Source of the DNA: Candidatus Dadabacteria bacterium
GTDB taxonomy: Bacteria > Desulfobacterota_D > UBA1144 > Nemesobacterales > CSP1-2
Length of the DNA stretch: 64,000 nt
NCBI GenBank assembly: GCA_963805855.1
Contig: CAWDVW010000007.1
Location: 320,001 to 384,000 of the forward strand
Reading direction: 5' to 3'
The notes beneath the pieces were generated by a model. That model did no database searches and was not told the origin of the DNA. It saw nothing but the letters and a program-made list of their open reading frames with translations. Below, piece after piece: positions 33,749 through 44,134 of this stretch (within the stretch, counting starts at the first letter, position 1; the number at the start of each line of letters is the position of its first letter). The position numbers and the translations under genes are program-made.

Positions 33749-34243
33749 TCACTTGTCCAAATCCTTTAATTCCCTATCGACCATCTTAAGATATTCCTTA
33801 TCTTCTTTGGCATTTTGCACCTTTTCGATATTTATTTCTTGCCCCGTGGTGACTTTTGATCGGTGCAAAAACAACCCTATGCCGATACCACCTAAGACTA
33901 CTGCCAACGCAGGTAATATCCACAACAGCAGATTTACTCCCTTTACCGGAGGATAGCCGAGTATACTGTCGCCATATCTATTCACGAAATAATTGATTAT
34001 TTCCTCTTTGCTCTCTCCCGCTTCTAACTTCTCTCTAATTATTGAACGCATGTCTTTTGCAAGCTCCGAATTTGATTCAGCGACACTCTGTCCCTGACAG
34101 ACGGGACACATTAGTAGATAGGAGATTTCACGAGCCTCGTCATCAATGCTCTCAGAGAACGAGACCGATTTTGATACGAAGGTGGCTAAAACAATAAGTG
34201 TAAATACGATAAAAACCTGTTTTTTACTTATGTGTTTAAGCAT
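33749..34243 (-). CDS. ccmH: Cytochrome c biogenesis protein CcmH
   Basis: LMCPVCQGQSVAESN, YFVNRYG, TM helix. Confidence 0.92.
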   Translation of the reverse strand: MLKHISKKQVFIVFTLIVLATFVSKSVSFSESIDDEAREISYLLMCPVCQGQSVAESNSELAKDMRSIIREKLEAGESKEEIINYFVNRYGDSILGYPPVKGVNLLLWILPALAVVLGGIGIGLFLHRSKVTTGQEINIEKVQNAKEDKEYLKMVDRELKDLDK

Positions 34244-34251
34244 ATATTAAT

Positions 34252-34818
34252 TTAATTACCTTTCCGGGTTAACCCGTCTGTGTCATGATTTAAGAGTGCT
34301 TTTCCTAGATAGAAGTCAATAATTTCCTCGTTAAGGGGACCGGTATATTTTTCAGTTATTTTCCCTGAAGGATCAATAAAGTAGGTTTCAGGAACTCCTG
34401 CAACACCATAATCAACCCCAATTTGACCCCCGGGATCCTTTCCATTTGGATAACTCCCTCCATATTTCTTAACGTATGAGAGCGCGTTAGCATCGTCGTC
34501 CCATATGTTTACGCCGAGAAAAGCCACTTGTTTATCCTTATATTTCATCCATGAGGATTCAAGCGCCGGGGCTTCATCCCTGCACGGTATACACCATGAT
34601 GCCCAGAAATTTAGTAGAACGGCTTTACCTTTAAGGTCTGAAAGCTTTACAGTGCTGCCGTCGAAGAGCGCAAGTGCAAAATCTGGCGCCTCATACCCGA
34701 CGAGAGGAGATTTTTTAATGATGGTTCTATTCCCAAATATTGCATAACCCATGATGCTTAAAATGAGTATAATAGCAACGAATATCGCTAATCGACTGAA
34801 TATGCTCAGGAGTTTCAT
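34252..34818 (-). CDS. TlpA/CcmG-type thiol-disulfide oxidoreductase
   Basis: NFWASWCIPC, GVPETYFID, N-terminal membrane anchor. Confidence 0.9.
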   Translation of the reverse strand: MKLLSIFSRLAIFVAIILILSIMGYAIFGNRTIIKKSPLVGYEAPDFALALFDGSTVKLSDLKGKAVLLNFWASWCIPCRDEAPALESSWMKYKDKQVAFLGVNIWDDDANALSYVKKYGGSYPNGKDPGGQIGVDYGVAGVPETYFIDPSGKITEKYTGPLNEEIIDFYLGKALLNHDTDGLTRKGN

Positions 34819-34926
34819 CGGTTATTCCTCATCCGCTTCATTAATAATATCTCGTCAGTATGTTTTTATAATATTGATATAATACCAGCAAATAACTGGT
34901 TAAAAAATCCATTTAAAGTGCAAATC

Positions 34927-35192
34927 AGAAAAGTAATGCCTGGCCGCTTATGCCAGGCTTCTTCTCTGCAAACTCAGCGGGCACCGTGAGGGCTGTTTCA
35001 ACAATCCTGTATTCACTGAAAGATCTCTCACATTTAGTTCGAGATGACAGGTCGGGAGATAAAATATTCCAAATCCCAGTGAAATTTCGAGAAGAGCAAG
35101 TAATCTTTCTTTTGAGGTCATTGCTAGGATCTCCATGACCAAACAAGCTCTCTGTAACTAGCAAAGGTCTTAGTCATGAGTTCGCTGAGTTA
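34927..35192 (+). ncRNA. Candidate structured non-coding RNA of unknown family
   Basis: Nested complementary segments (see findings); the imperfect pairs are G-U only on the + strand; extended -10 TGaTATAAT at 34875-34883. Confidence 0.4.
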
Positions 35193-35235
35193 TGTTTGAT
35201 TGAGATTGGCAAGGATAATCCAGACAGGTCAATTT

Positions 35236-35727
35236 CTATTTTTGTTGATCAGCCTGATTATTTGTGTTTTTCTGACCTGGTTTAAAGCTGCAACCACTGA
35301 GCGTAATATAACAAATCAACCCGTTTTCCTTGAAGTCTTTATTTTCTATCGATTGATACTCACCCTGTAAAGATATTACATCCCCGGGTTCGGTTTGAGA
35401 TAGTACTGTTTTAAAATCGTTCGAATTACAAATACATCCTACTGCATAACCAGGCTTGGAAAAGATATCTACAGTAAACATGTCTTCGTTATTCATACAA
35501 ATTGATAAATTCGATACTTTTTCACCGACTGTTATTTTAGTTGCTATTTGTTTATCTGAATATAGCTGAAAAGCAGAACTGGGGTCACCCGCGTAGAGCT
35601 TACACGTTTCTTCAAATGATGGTATTTCCACCGGTTTATTTTCTTGTGCCATAACCTGCAGCAGTGAGATGGCAAAGAAAAACAGTAGAAAAAATATCAT
35701 TATTGTTGAAAACCGGCGATTAATCAT
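35236..35727 (-). CDS. Secreted hypothetical protein, probable OB-fold (tRNA_anti-like)
   Basis: Signal peptide; Y...A...YSDKQI..KITVG and PGDVISLQG pattern. Confidence 0.55.
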   Translation of the reverse strand: MINRRFSTIMIFFLLFFFAISLLQVMAQENKPVEIPSFEETCKLYAGDPSSAFQLYSDKQIATKITVGEKVSNLSICMNNEDMFTVDIFSKPGYAVGCICNSNDFKTVLSQTEPGDVISLQGEYQSIENKDFKENGLICYITLSGCSFKPGQKNTNNQADQQK

Positions 35728-35817
35728 ATTTTAATGAAAGTGTCAGAGATTTGTGGGTGAAAATAAAATATTATATCTCGTACGTTAAGTCAATAGCTAT
35801 CGGAAGTTATCACGAGT

Positions 35818-36441
35818 TTATTTCTTGCTGGCTCTCAAACCAACAAGTTTCCAAAGACCATGGGTGAAGTTAATTATCTTTTCAACCTTAAAATTTGATA
35901 TTTCAACCAGAGAATTCAATTCGTTTGATGAATATATTTTTACATGATATTTGCTCAAGAGTTTCAAAATAATGTTAAGTAACTTGAACTGGAAGGAATC
36001 CCTGCACCAGTCCACTATAATCAGCTTTCCATTCGGCCTTAGCAACCGATAAAAATTATTAAGTACTCTAAGTGGTTCGGGATAGTAATGTAATGCACTG
36101 ACGCAAAGTATTTTTGAAAAGTAGTCGTCTGAAAAATCGAGATCATGAACGTCCTGATGGCTTATAAAAACGTTCTCAAATTTAATTAAACGGCCCTCAG
36201 CTATATCAAGCATTTCCTTTGAGATATCGGTCAAATAGAATTTTCCCTCGCCTTTCGTTTTGGAGATTATCGTCTCGATGAGTAATCCAGTACCTCCACT
36301 CGCATCCAGAATAATGTCATCCGCTTTTGGTTCTAACAATCCGATAGCAACCTTATGTGTTGCTTCAAGGTATCCCTCCCACCTCTTGTCATAATAATGG
36401 GCAACGTAGTCGTATTTCTCTTTAGCTCGATTTAAACTCAC
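35818..36441 (-). CDS. Class I SAM-dependent methyltransferase
   Basis: ILDASGGTG, DISKEML, LLRPNG. Confidence 0.88.
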   Translation of the reverse strand: MSLNRAKEKYDYVAHYYDKRWEGYLEATHKVAIGLLEPKADDIILDASGGTGLLIETIISKTKGEGKFYLTDISKEMLDIAEGRLIKFENVFISHQDVHDLDFSDDYFSKILCVSALHYYPEPLRVLNNFYRLLRPNGKLIIVDWCRDSFQFKLLNIILKLLSKYHVKIYSSNELNSLVEISNFKVEKIINFTHGLWKLVGLRASKK

Positions 36442-36800
36442 TTTTACTGAATATATTTTGCCTTTAAAATATTAAATCCAAAATTGCTTAGGCTTAAATG
36501 AGACTCCGTTCGTGAATGGAAATTTGGTTATCATGCCAAAGATAGTGCAACTGATGACAGCAAGCGGAATGAGGAATTAGATTTCCGAATTATAGTCGTG
36601 ACAAGATGACGCAATCGGGTGGCGAGTCGAAATGGCGGATTGTGTTGAGAAATTGAAATTTAATGGTGTGCTGCTCATCGTTTATTCTCTGACAGTTTTC
36701 GTATTTCCAAGATTTTTGCGGAAATCGAATTATATAAGATGGTATAATAGTAAGAATAGTTCCAATTGCTTGATGGCAATTGAAGAACATCAAGGGAAAA

Positions 36801-37520
36801 ATGAGAGTTCAAATAGCGTTAATCAGTGGATGCAATTGTGGGGGATCATGTAGCTGTTGCAATGATTCATCCGTAAGAGTAGATTCACTTTCCGAAAGAA
36901 TTGATACCAAGAATTCCGGGTTACACAGGAGGGCCCTTTTTCTTTCCTATTTCACAGTTGGATACAATTTCCTGGAGGGAATAGTATCAATCTTTGCAGG
37001 CCTTCTAGCTGGAAGTATTGCACTTGTAGGATTTGGTCTCGATAGCTTTGTCGAATCTCTCTCAGGCGGGGTAATGATCTGGAGGTTCAGTCAACATGGA
37101 CGAGTATCCGAAGAGGAAGAGGCGAAGATAGAGGCTAAGGCCACAAAACTCGTTGCCGTTGCATTCTTTTTCCTCGGTGCGTATGTATTATATGAATCTG
37201 CAAAGAAGTTATATTTTCAAGAAATCCCCGATCCAAGTGTTTTGGGGATTATCATCGCATTTATTTCTATTATAGTAATGCCCATTCTCTTCTATATGAA
37301 ATACAAAACCGCGAGAATGATTGAAAGCAGGAGTTTGTTAGGGGATTCAAAACAAACGCTCGCCTGTGTTTTTCTATCTGCAGCATTGCTTGTTGGATTG
37401 GGGCTTAACTACCTTTATGGCCTCTGGTGGGCAGACCCGCTGGTCGGATTTATGATAGTGGTATTTCTAATAAGAGAAGGTTATAACACTCTAAAAGAGG
37501 CGAGACTTTGCAGCTGCTAG
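36801..37520 (+). CDS. Cation diffusion facilitator-like transporter with Cys-rich termini
   Basis: YNFLEG, SIALVGFGLDSFVE, WWADP; N-terminal CNCGGSCSCC and C-terminal CSC. Confidence 0.88.
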   Translation: MRVQIALISGCNCGGSCSCCNDSSVRVDSLSERIDTKNSGLHRRALFLSYFTVGYNFLEGIVSIFAGLLAGSIALVGFGLDSFVESLSGGVMIWRFSQHGRVSEEEEAKIEAKATKLVAVAFFFLGAYVLYESAKKLYFQEIPDPSVLGIIIAFISIIVMPILFYMKYKTARMIESRSLLGDSKQTLACVFLSAALLVGLGLNYLYGLWWADPLVGFMIVVFLIREGYNTLKEARLCSC

Positions 37521-37819
37521 TTGCCAAGGTTATGTATCGGTTAAGATCGAATGCTAATTAACGGATATTTTTTCTGATTGCCTTCGAAACTTAATAAGGG
37601 TTTTACATCGCCGGTTAGTTCAAAATACCCTAAGATTCTCGACGAGTTTTCCCTTTGAGTAGGTCACGAGTCCCTTCGATTGGACTCAGGGCAGGCTTGC
37701 TCGTGACAGACGTTGTAGAAGGACTGTCCTTCTCGTCTGTTGAAGGTATATATATCTTTCGCAGCCAGCTGGTCTAGACAAGCTTATGTATTAATGCGTG
37801 GCAATTTCCAAATTCAGGC

Positions 37820-37847
37820 TTGACATTGTTCGTATTTCCATTATTCT
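37820..37847 (+). promoter_or_regulatory. ars operon promoter, probably giving leaderless arsR mRNA
   Basis: TTGACA (37820), 16 nt, TATTCT (37842-47); ATG follows after 6 nt with no RBS. Confidence 0.55.
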
Positions 37848-37853
37848 AAAACT

Positions 37854-38201
37854 ATGGAATTACACGCCAGCAACGAAAACATAGCAAATTATGCAGATAT
37901 GCTATCGGCAATGGGCACGGAGGCACGGCTCAGGATTATGAGGCTTTTGCTTTCGGCTTATCCTGAAGGCGTGGTTGTCGGTGAGATTCAGGCGGCACTT
38001 GGAATTCCAGGATCGACCCTGTCGCATCACCTTGAAAGGTTAAAACGCGTCGATCTGATTAAGATCAGACGTGACAAACAATTCTTATGGTATTCGGCAA
38101 ATTCCAAGGCGCTGGAGGATTTGCTCTCTTTTCTTTTCGCCGAGTGCTGTTCTCGTAGTCGTGCCGTGAGACCTGAGACAATTGCATCGATTTGCAAATA
38201 G
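37854..38201 (+). CDS. arsR: ArsR/SmtB family regulator with C-terminal CC
   Basis: RLRIMRLL, STLSHHL, FLFAECC; upstream of arsM. Confidence 0.9.
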   Translation: MELHASNENIANYADMLSAMGTEARLRIMRLLLSAYPEGVVVGEIQAALGIPGSTLSHHLERLKRVDLIKIRRDKQFLWYSANSKALEDLLSFLFAECCSRSRAVRPETIASICK

Positions 38202-38211
38202 GAGGTGTTTC

Positions 38212-39072
38212 ATGAGTTCCACTAATAGAGACGAAGTACCTGCGGGAGGCTCAGGAGTTGATGACAGTCTTAAGGAGACTGTGAGGAAAAAATATAGTAA
38301 ATTAGCGCAACAGATTGCTGGTGAGGGTAGTTCCTCATGTTGCGGAGGTTACGGAGGGCAAAAAAAGTTTGATTCCATTACGTCTACTTTATATCAATCT
38401 GATCAATCGGCTGGAATCCCAATCGAAGTTTTACTAATATCCCTTGGTTGCGGTAATCCGACTGCGCTTGCCGAGCTCAATCCGGACGAGATTGTGCTTG
38501 ATCTTGGGTCGGGCGGTGGAATAGATGTATTACTGTCAGCGAAGAGGGTAGGGCCGACTGGTAAGGTATTTGGAATTGATATGAGTGATGAGATGCTGGC
38601 ATTGGCTCGTGATAATCAAAGAAAATCTGGGATTGAAAACGTAGAGTTCCTGAAAGGCGAAATTGAAAATATTCCGCTTCCAGACGGTGTTGTCGACGTT
38701 ATCATCTCAAACTGTGTTATCAACCTCTCGGTAAACAAGGATCGCGCACTAAAAGAGGCCTTCCGTGTACTGAAACCAGGCGGTCGTCTTGCGGTATCAG
38801 ATATAGTATTCAGAGGGACAATGCCTGTTGAGATTCGAAGGAACGTAGAACTCTGGATAGGTTGCATTGCTGGTGCCCTCGAGGAAACCGAGTATAAACC
38901 CAAATTGGAGCGGGCTGGTTTCGTCGATATTAGTGTGGAGGCTACACGTATCTACAATGTCGAAGATGCGAGAGGTTTTCTCCAGGATTCAGGGGTAGAT
39001 TTAGATAACCTTGCGACACCCGTCGATGGAAAAATCATGAGTGCATTTGTACGCGCTAAGAAACATAGCTAG
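38212..39072 (+). CDS. arsM: Arsenite methyltransferase
   Basis: SSCCG, SLGCGNP, LDLGSGGGID, ISNCVINL, WIGCIAGA; GGAGG RBS before ATG 38212. Confidence 0.93.
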   Translation: MSSTNRDEVPAGGSGVDDSLKETVRKKYSKLAQQIAGEGSSSCCGGYGGQKKFDSITSTLYQSDQSAGIPIEVLLISLGCGNPTALAELNPDEIVLDLGSGGGIDVLLSAKRVGPTGKVFGIDMSDEMLALARDNQRKSGIENVEFLKGEIENIPLPDGVVDVIISNCVINLSVNKDRALKEAFRVLKPGGRLAVSDIVFRGTMPVEIRRNVELWIGCIAGALEETEYKPKLERAGFVDISVEATRIYNVEDARGFLQDSGVDLDNLATPVDGKIMSAFVRAKKHS

Positions 39073-39125
39073 GTGCCGGGGGACAACCGTTTAAACTATA
39101 GTAGTGTTTATTCGATAGGAAAAAT

Positions 39126-39563
39126 ATGGCCAAGAAAAAAGTACTGTTCGTATGTGTTCACAATAGTGCGCGTAGTCAATTGGCCGAAGAATTGCTCAGA
39201 GAAATTGCCGGAAATAGATTTGAGGCTGAAAGCGCAGGATTAGAACCTGGCGTACTGAATCCTTATGTTGCAGAAGTTTTAAAGGAAGAGGGAATAGATA
39301 TAACCGGCAAGAAAACTAAATCGGTATTTGACCTATTAAAAGCAGGAAGGCATTACACGTATGTTGTAACAGTATGTGATGAAACATCGGCAGAGGCATG
39401 TCCGGTATTCCCCTCATGTGAGGAACGATTTCACTGGAGTTTCCCCGACCCGTCAAAATTTGTCGGGACCGATGAGGAAAAAATTGAGCAAGTGAGGGAA
39501 ATCAAGAATCTAATCAAAGCGAACATAGAGGCGTGGATAAAGGGTAGGGATAGTGCTTCCTGA
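39126..39563 (+). CDS. arsC: Arsenate reductase, LMW-PTP/thioredoxin type
   Basis: CVHNSARSQ P-loop, VCDE...CPVFP, HWSFPDP. Confidence 0.9.
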   Translation: MAKKKVLFVCVHNSARSQLAEELLREIAGNRFEAESAGLEPGVLNPYVAEVLKEEGIDITGKKTKSVFDLLKAGRHYTYVVTVCDETSAEACPVFPSCEERFHWSFPDPSKFVGTDEEKIEQVREIKNLIKANIEAWIKGRDSAS

Positions 39564-39697
39564 ACCCTTTACAGTTTCAACGGTTTTGCTTCCTTGCCTC
39601 GTGTAGGCCAATGCTAAATGTCAATCCCGATTGGAGATTATCCAACACTTTTGACTATTCTCCCAATTCGTTAAAGAATAAAACCTCTCAGCTATTC

Positions 39698-40543
39698 CTA
39701 CCGATGCGGCATGCCTCCTCCAGGTCCCATACCGTGATCTGGTTCCATTCCATCGTGAAAGCCATCGTGATTCATGTCACCATCATGAAATCCGTCATGG
39801 TTCATATCATCGTCGTGAAAACCATCGTGGTCAAAGTCGTCATCATAATATCCATCGTGGTTGGCATCTTCAACGTTCCCACATATGTAATCGGGGTCAT
39901 GAAAATCCATAGTTCCATTCCCATTCGTGTCTACTTCTTGAAGCGGGTTATGCATGGGCATGGCAAAGCTATGGTCGGAATGTAAGGTGATCGCTCCCAG
40001 GTCGACAGGATTATTCCCCGAAGATAGGCAGAACTGATCGTCAAAATCTCCTATATGCTCCGGACCACACTGAAACGCCATAAAATCCCGAAATTCATCC
40101 ATCATTCCAGGGCCGGTATGGGCTGTAAAGCTCATTGTATAACAATCGTCAACTGGGAGATTAAGACTAAACCCTCCGGTTGCGGGGTCAGTATCAGTTT
40201 CATGGACTGAGCCATTTCTTCCCATTGCACTCACGATGAATGTTCCAGCTTGCCCTGTAGCATATGCACTGCAAGGCGAAATAAGGTCATAAAGATTCAT
40301 ACCTAAGATAATTGTTTTGTTAGTGCCCGGGTAAAATTGCATTGCTATTCCTTCACTGACAACTCCGGTGACTTCTCTCGTTTGCATTCCTGGCATAGAC
40401 CCATCATCCCCTTGGTGGTCTCCCCCTCCATCACAAGCGGTGACAAAAAATACACTGAAAAGAATCAATATTAAAAAGCCTAATTGTGGACACTCTATGT
40501 TCGGCATACGCCTTTTTCTTAGGACTCTTAATTTGTGAGACAT
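39698..40543 (-). CDS. Hypothetical lipoprotein with His/Asp/Met-rich EF-hand-like tandem repeats
   Basis: Lipobox FVTAC; C-terminal DANHDGYYDD-DFDHDGFHDD-DMNHDGFHDG-DMNHDGFHDG; AAGGAG RBS. Confidence 0.75.
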   Translation of the reverse strand: MSHKLRVLRKRRMPNIECPQLGFLILILFSVFFVTACDGGGDHQGDDGSMPGMQTREVTGVVSEGIAMQFYPGTNKTIILGMNLYDLISPCSAYATGQAGTFIVSAMGRNGSVHETDTDPATGGFSLNLPVDDCYTMSFTAHTGPGMMDEFRDFMAFQCGPEHIGDFDDQFCLSSGNNPVDLGAITLHSDHSFAMPMHNPLQEVDTNGNGTMDFHDPDYICGNVEDANHDGYYDDDFDHDGFHDDDMNHDGFHDGDMNHDGFHDGMEPDHGMGPGGGMPHR

Positions 40544-40581
40544 ATCAAATCGCTCCTTATTTTTAGTTTCTTGATTTGTGC

Positions 40582-40598
40582 TGCAATTAATATGCCGA
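40582..40598 (-). promoter_or_regulatory. Putative sigma54 promoter
   Basis: Minus strand TCGGCATATTAATTGCA = GG-N10-GC, about 40 nt upstream of ATG 40543. Confidence 0.6.
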
Positions 40599-41016
40599 GG
40601 ATTTATTCAATAGTTCTTCATGATTTGAGGGTGGTTACTGCAAAACCTTTGTACGAATTCACTACATTGGACATGTTTTAGGTTCGTTGAAGTTTTTGCT
40701 CATAATGGGTGGAGTAACTATAAAAGCCTTTGTTGAGATGCTCGTCGAACAAACTTTAGCTCAAGAAGCTGTCCGACAATTAGAATTAGTGGATGGGATG
40801 CCCCATTTTGGAGACAATAATTATGTGAAAGTTGTGGCTTGAAATTGGAATCTTTGTTATCCAATACTTCTATCAGAGTCTGATATTCTAGATCGTAAAG
40901 TGGTCTTCGAGCACTGCACTGCCTTTTCGGAATGTTAATTCGCTATATACAGTATCATCACAATAAGCGGTATCTTCATGATTGTACGAAAAATGTCTCA
41001 ATTCTCTGCGACATGG

Positions 41017-41481
41017 CTATTTACTTGGTAATAATGCCTTATAAGTATTTTTAGATAGCCGAACGGTAACCTTCTCAGTTTGAGGGCAAATTCCCTCGCC
41101 TTTATCATCTTCTACCGTTTTCATGCTTGCCCCATCATGTTCAAGTTTTCTAAGCTCTCGTCTGAGTGTGGTAAGCTCCGCTAATTTCTGTTCGAGATCA
41201 ATGTTCCGCTGTCTCAAAAGTTCTCGAACATGACTGCATGGCGCGAACCCTCTATTCCCTAAAGCAAGGATCTCTGTGATTTCTCTCAAGGTGAATCCTA
41301 GACTCTGGGCTTTTTTTATGAAATTAATCCACCTTATTATATCTTGAGAATAAACCCTGTAGTTATTCCTCTCTCGTTTTGGTTTGGGCAAAAGACTTAT
41401 TTGCTCATGATAGCGGATGGTTTTAGGCTTCGCCTTAGTCTATTTGGCTACCTCACCGATGAAAATCGGTTTCTCTTTCAT
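41017..41481 (-). pseudogene. MerR-family metal-responsive regulator with an in-frame TAG at codon 14
   Basis: MKEKPIFIGEVAK*TKAKPKTIRYHEQISLLPKPKRERNNYR...AQSLGFTLREI...PCSHV...ICP; stop at 41440-41442. Confidence 0.85.
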
Positions 41482-41520
41482 ATATCTATCCTTCAGATCA
41501 ATTAATTTGCATCTAAGATC

Positions 41521-41552
41521 ACTATAAACTTTACAGTATAGCGGAAAGTCAA
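41521..41552 (-). promoter_or_regulatory. MerR-type promoter/operator
   Basis: TTGACT, 20-nt spacer, TATAGT; ACTTT...AAAGT dyad overlapping the spacer. Confidence 0.7.
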
Positions 41553-41808
41553 GTCCTCTTTACTGGGCTCATACTGAGATTCTATCTTGTTCATAGCCAA
41601 AAGGACAACCCGATTATATTCCCGCGGTAAAACCACGGGGATTCAAAAGGTAAAATTAATAAACGTCTCCCTGGCTACTGAGCATTTTGGGATGTGAGAT
41701 CAGATGTTAGAATATAGTATCAAATAAGGGAAATTTTTGTATTATGGACCTGAATTATATTCTTATTGATAGGTTGGTCCCAGTTTAATTGATTTTGGAT
41801 TACGAAAT

Positions 41809-42480
41809 ATGCGCATTTTGATGGTTGAGGACGATAGGAAGACGGCTGCTTTTATCAGCAAGGGATTGTCTGAAAATGGATTTATAGTGGATATCGCTGG
41901 TAATGGCGACGAAGGGCTACTCCTCGCACAAAGGCGTGAATACGACCTCATTATCCTCGATGTAATGCTCCCGGAGAAGGATGGATGGTCTGTTATGACG
42001 GAAATAAGACGTGGTAGCAATCCCATTCCGGTTCTTTTTCTTACGGCTCGCGACTCTGTTCACGACCGAGTAAAAGGACTAGAACTTGGAGGAGACGACT
42101 ATCTGGTCAAGCCTTTTGCATTCTCCGAACTACTTGCCCGCATACGCTCTGTGCTTCGTCGTGGCTCATCCAGGCAATCAGAAATAGTTTCGATTGCAGA
42201 TCTGGAGATAGATCTTGTGAGGCATAAAGCCACACGCGGCGAGAAACAACTTGGCTTGACAGCGAAGGAATTTGCTCTTTTGTCTCTTCTGGCGAGAAGA
42301 AAAGGCGAGGTTCTGTCACGAACTTATATCGCGGAACAGGTGTGGGACATGAATTTTGATAGTGACAGCAATGTTGTCGATGTGGCGGTTCGAAGACTTC
42401 GTAGAAAAGTGGATGACCCTTTTACTGAAAAGCTGATTCGCACTATCCGTGGTGTAGGTTATGTTATCGAAGACTCCTGA
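41809..42480 (+). CDS. cusR: Heavy-metal response regulator (CusR/CopR/CzcR type)
   Basis: [47 protein letters not shown]. Confidence 0.9.
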   Translation: MRILMVEDDRKTAAFISKGLSENGFIVDIAGNGDEGLLLAQRREYDLIILDVMLPEKDGWSVMTEIRRGSNPIPVLFLTARDSVHDRVKGLELGGDDYLVKPFAFSELLARIRSVLRRGSSRQSEIVSIADLEIDLVRHKATRGEKQLGLTAKEFALLSLLARRKGEVLSRTYIAEQVWDMNFDSDSNVVDVAVRRLRRKVDDPFTEKLIRTIRGVGYVIEDS

Positions 42481-43921
42481 GAAAATAATAAAAAAGATAT
42501 ATTCTCCAATCGTATCTTGGTGCCAGTCGATCACCGGAAGGCTAGCTCTTCTCTACACATTGTCAGCCCTTGGTATGCTTACCCTGGCTACAATATTTTT
42601 GTACTGGGAGCTTAAAACCAATTTGGAATTGGATGAGAACCAGTTCCTGGCGGACAAAATTAATGTTATACGAGTTATTCTAAGCAACCATCCCTCCAAT
42701 CCACTAGCCCTGGATGAAGAGGTCAAATTAGAGGAAGCGGCTCACAAGTTTGCAATTTACTATTCAAGGGTATTAGACGAGAAAGAGCACACTCTTATTG
42801 AGACCCCTCAGATGGCTAACATAATTACTAAGGATCTGTTTCCGCAACCAATTGGTCTTGTGGAAAAGCCTGTAGAAGGGGTAAAATGGAAATCGCCTAA
42901 CGGTAATTTCTACCTACTAATGGCAGCTTGGGCGGAGCTCGATCATTCCTCTGGGGAAAAGCGACTTCTCCAGTTAGCACTAGATGTGTCAAAAGAAGAA
43001 ACCCTGATACATGATTACCGTCGAAACGTAATAGTTGTAATTCTTATAGGTGTCTTATTCTCAGCTGGAGCAGGCGTATCGATTGCGCGTAAAGGGATGC
43101 AGCCACTGCGGGAGATAACAAGTCTTGCACGACGAATCACAGCAGTCCAGCTCGGGGATCGGATTGATGCGGCGCGATGGCCAAGGGAGTTGAAAGACCT
43201 TGCCACTGCGTTCGATGAGATGCTCAACCGTCTTGAGGATTCGTTTACTCAACTATCACAGTTTTCCGCAGACCTGGCCCATGAACTACGCACCCCTATT
43301 AATAACCTCTTAGGCGAAGCTGAGGTTGCTCTTTTAAGATCCAGAAGTCCCGACGAGTATCGTCAGGTCATTGAATCTAGCCTGGAGGAATATGGAAGGC
43401 TCTCTCGAATGATCGACAGCCTACTTTTTCTGGCACGTGCTGAATGCAAAGATGCCCAAATTAATCGATCCGTGCTCGAAGCACATGAAGAGATCGAAAT
43501 TGTTCGTGAATTTCACGAGGCTTTTGCCGAAGAGAAAGGGATCAATGTCGTCTGCCATGGAAACGCTCGCCTGAATGTGGATTCAATCTTATTTCGTCGA
43601 GCCGTGAGCAACCTGCTTTCCAATGCGCTCCACTACACCCTCCCTGGAGGAAAGATTGCCCTTTGCGTAAAGCAATTGGATGGTCAAGGTGTTGAAGTCA
43701 TCGTAAGTGACACCGGTTTCGGAATTGGACAAGAACATCTTCCAAAAGTTTTTGATCGCTTCTACAGAACCAACCTTGCAAGGTCTCAATGCCCTCAAGG
43801 CTCTGGGTTGGGATTGGCTTTGGTCAAGTCCATTATGGACCTCCATGGCGGTACAGTTGCGATTCAGAGCGTGCCTAGTATGGGAACGATGGTTATACTG
43901 AGATTTCCCCAGCAAACCTAA
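42461..43921 (+). CDS. cusS: Heavy-metal sensor histidine kinase (CusS type)
   Basis: Two TM helices, [29 protein letters not shown]. Confidence 0.88.
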   Translation: MLSKTPEKIIKKIYSPIVSWCQSITGRLALLYTLSALGMLTLATIFLYWELKTNLELDENQFLADKINVIRVILSNHPSNPLALDEEVKLEEAAHKFAIYYSRVLDEKEHTLIETPQMANIITKDLFPQPIGLVEKPVEGVKWKSPNGNFYLLMAAWAELDHSSGEKRLLQLALDVSKEETLIHDYRRNVIVVILIGVLFSAGAGVSIARKGMQPLREITSLARRITAVQLGDRIDAARWPRELKDLATAFDEMLNRLEDSFTQLSQFSADLAHELRTPINNLLGEAEVALLRSRSPDEYRQVIESSLEEYGRLSRMIDSLLFLARAECKDAQINRSVLEAHEEIEIVREFHEAFAEEKGINVVCHGNARLNVDSILFRRAVSNLLSNALHYTLPGGKIALCVKQLDGQGVEVIVSDTGFGIGQEHLPKVFDRFYRTNLARSQCPQGSGLGLALVKSIMDLHGGTVAIQSVPSMGTMVILRFPQQT

Positions 43922-43933
43922 GACCAAAGAAAA

Positions 43934-43949
43934 ATTACAAAATTGTAAT
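43934..43949. promoter_or_regulatory. CusR/CopR-box-like palindrome
   Basis: ATTACAA-AA-TTGTAAT just after cusS, followed by GTCAT half-sites. Confidence 0.7.
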
Positions 43950-44134
43950 CCTCCCGTCATCTTCCTGTCATTCAGTGGCAATAGAATTTCCAAAGTTAGA
44001 CAGAAAACGGTTCAAGGAATAATCATGATTTTGCGTTTTCCAGGAAGCTTCAAAGTGAGCCTTTTTTTCTAGTCCACCTTATTCGGGTGCCAATGTCATT
44101 CCGACTTTTTCAACCTAGTCAAAAAGGATGAAAT

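Noticed and set aside
34925-35164. Three short overlapping ORFs (62-79 aa)
   Set aside because: No RBS or recognisable motifs; the base-pairing pattern explains the region better
36590-36853. ORF starting MADCVEKLK, reminiscent of a DNA methyltransferase N-terminus
   Set aside because: Similarity covers only a few residues and no DPPY or FxGxG motif follows
39611-39985. 124-aa V/I/M-rich ORF on the + strand
   Set aside because: Antisense shadow of the His/Asp repeats; the minus-strand gene has the RBS, lipobox and promoter
41440-41442. In-frame TAG in merR as possible pyrrolysine or recoding
   Set aside because: TAG is used as a normal stop elsewhere (tuf, rpmG, nusG) and no pyl genes are seen; a simple nonsense mutation or sequencing error is more likely
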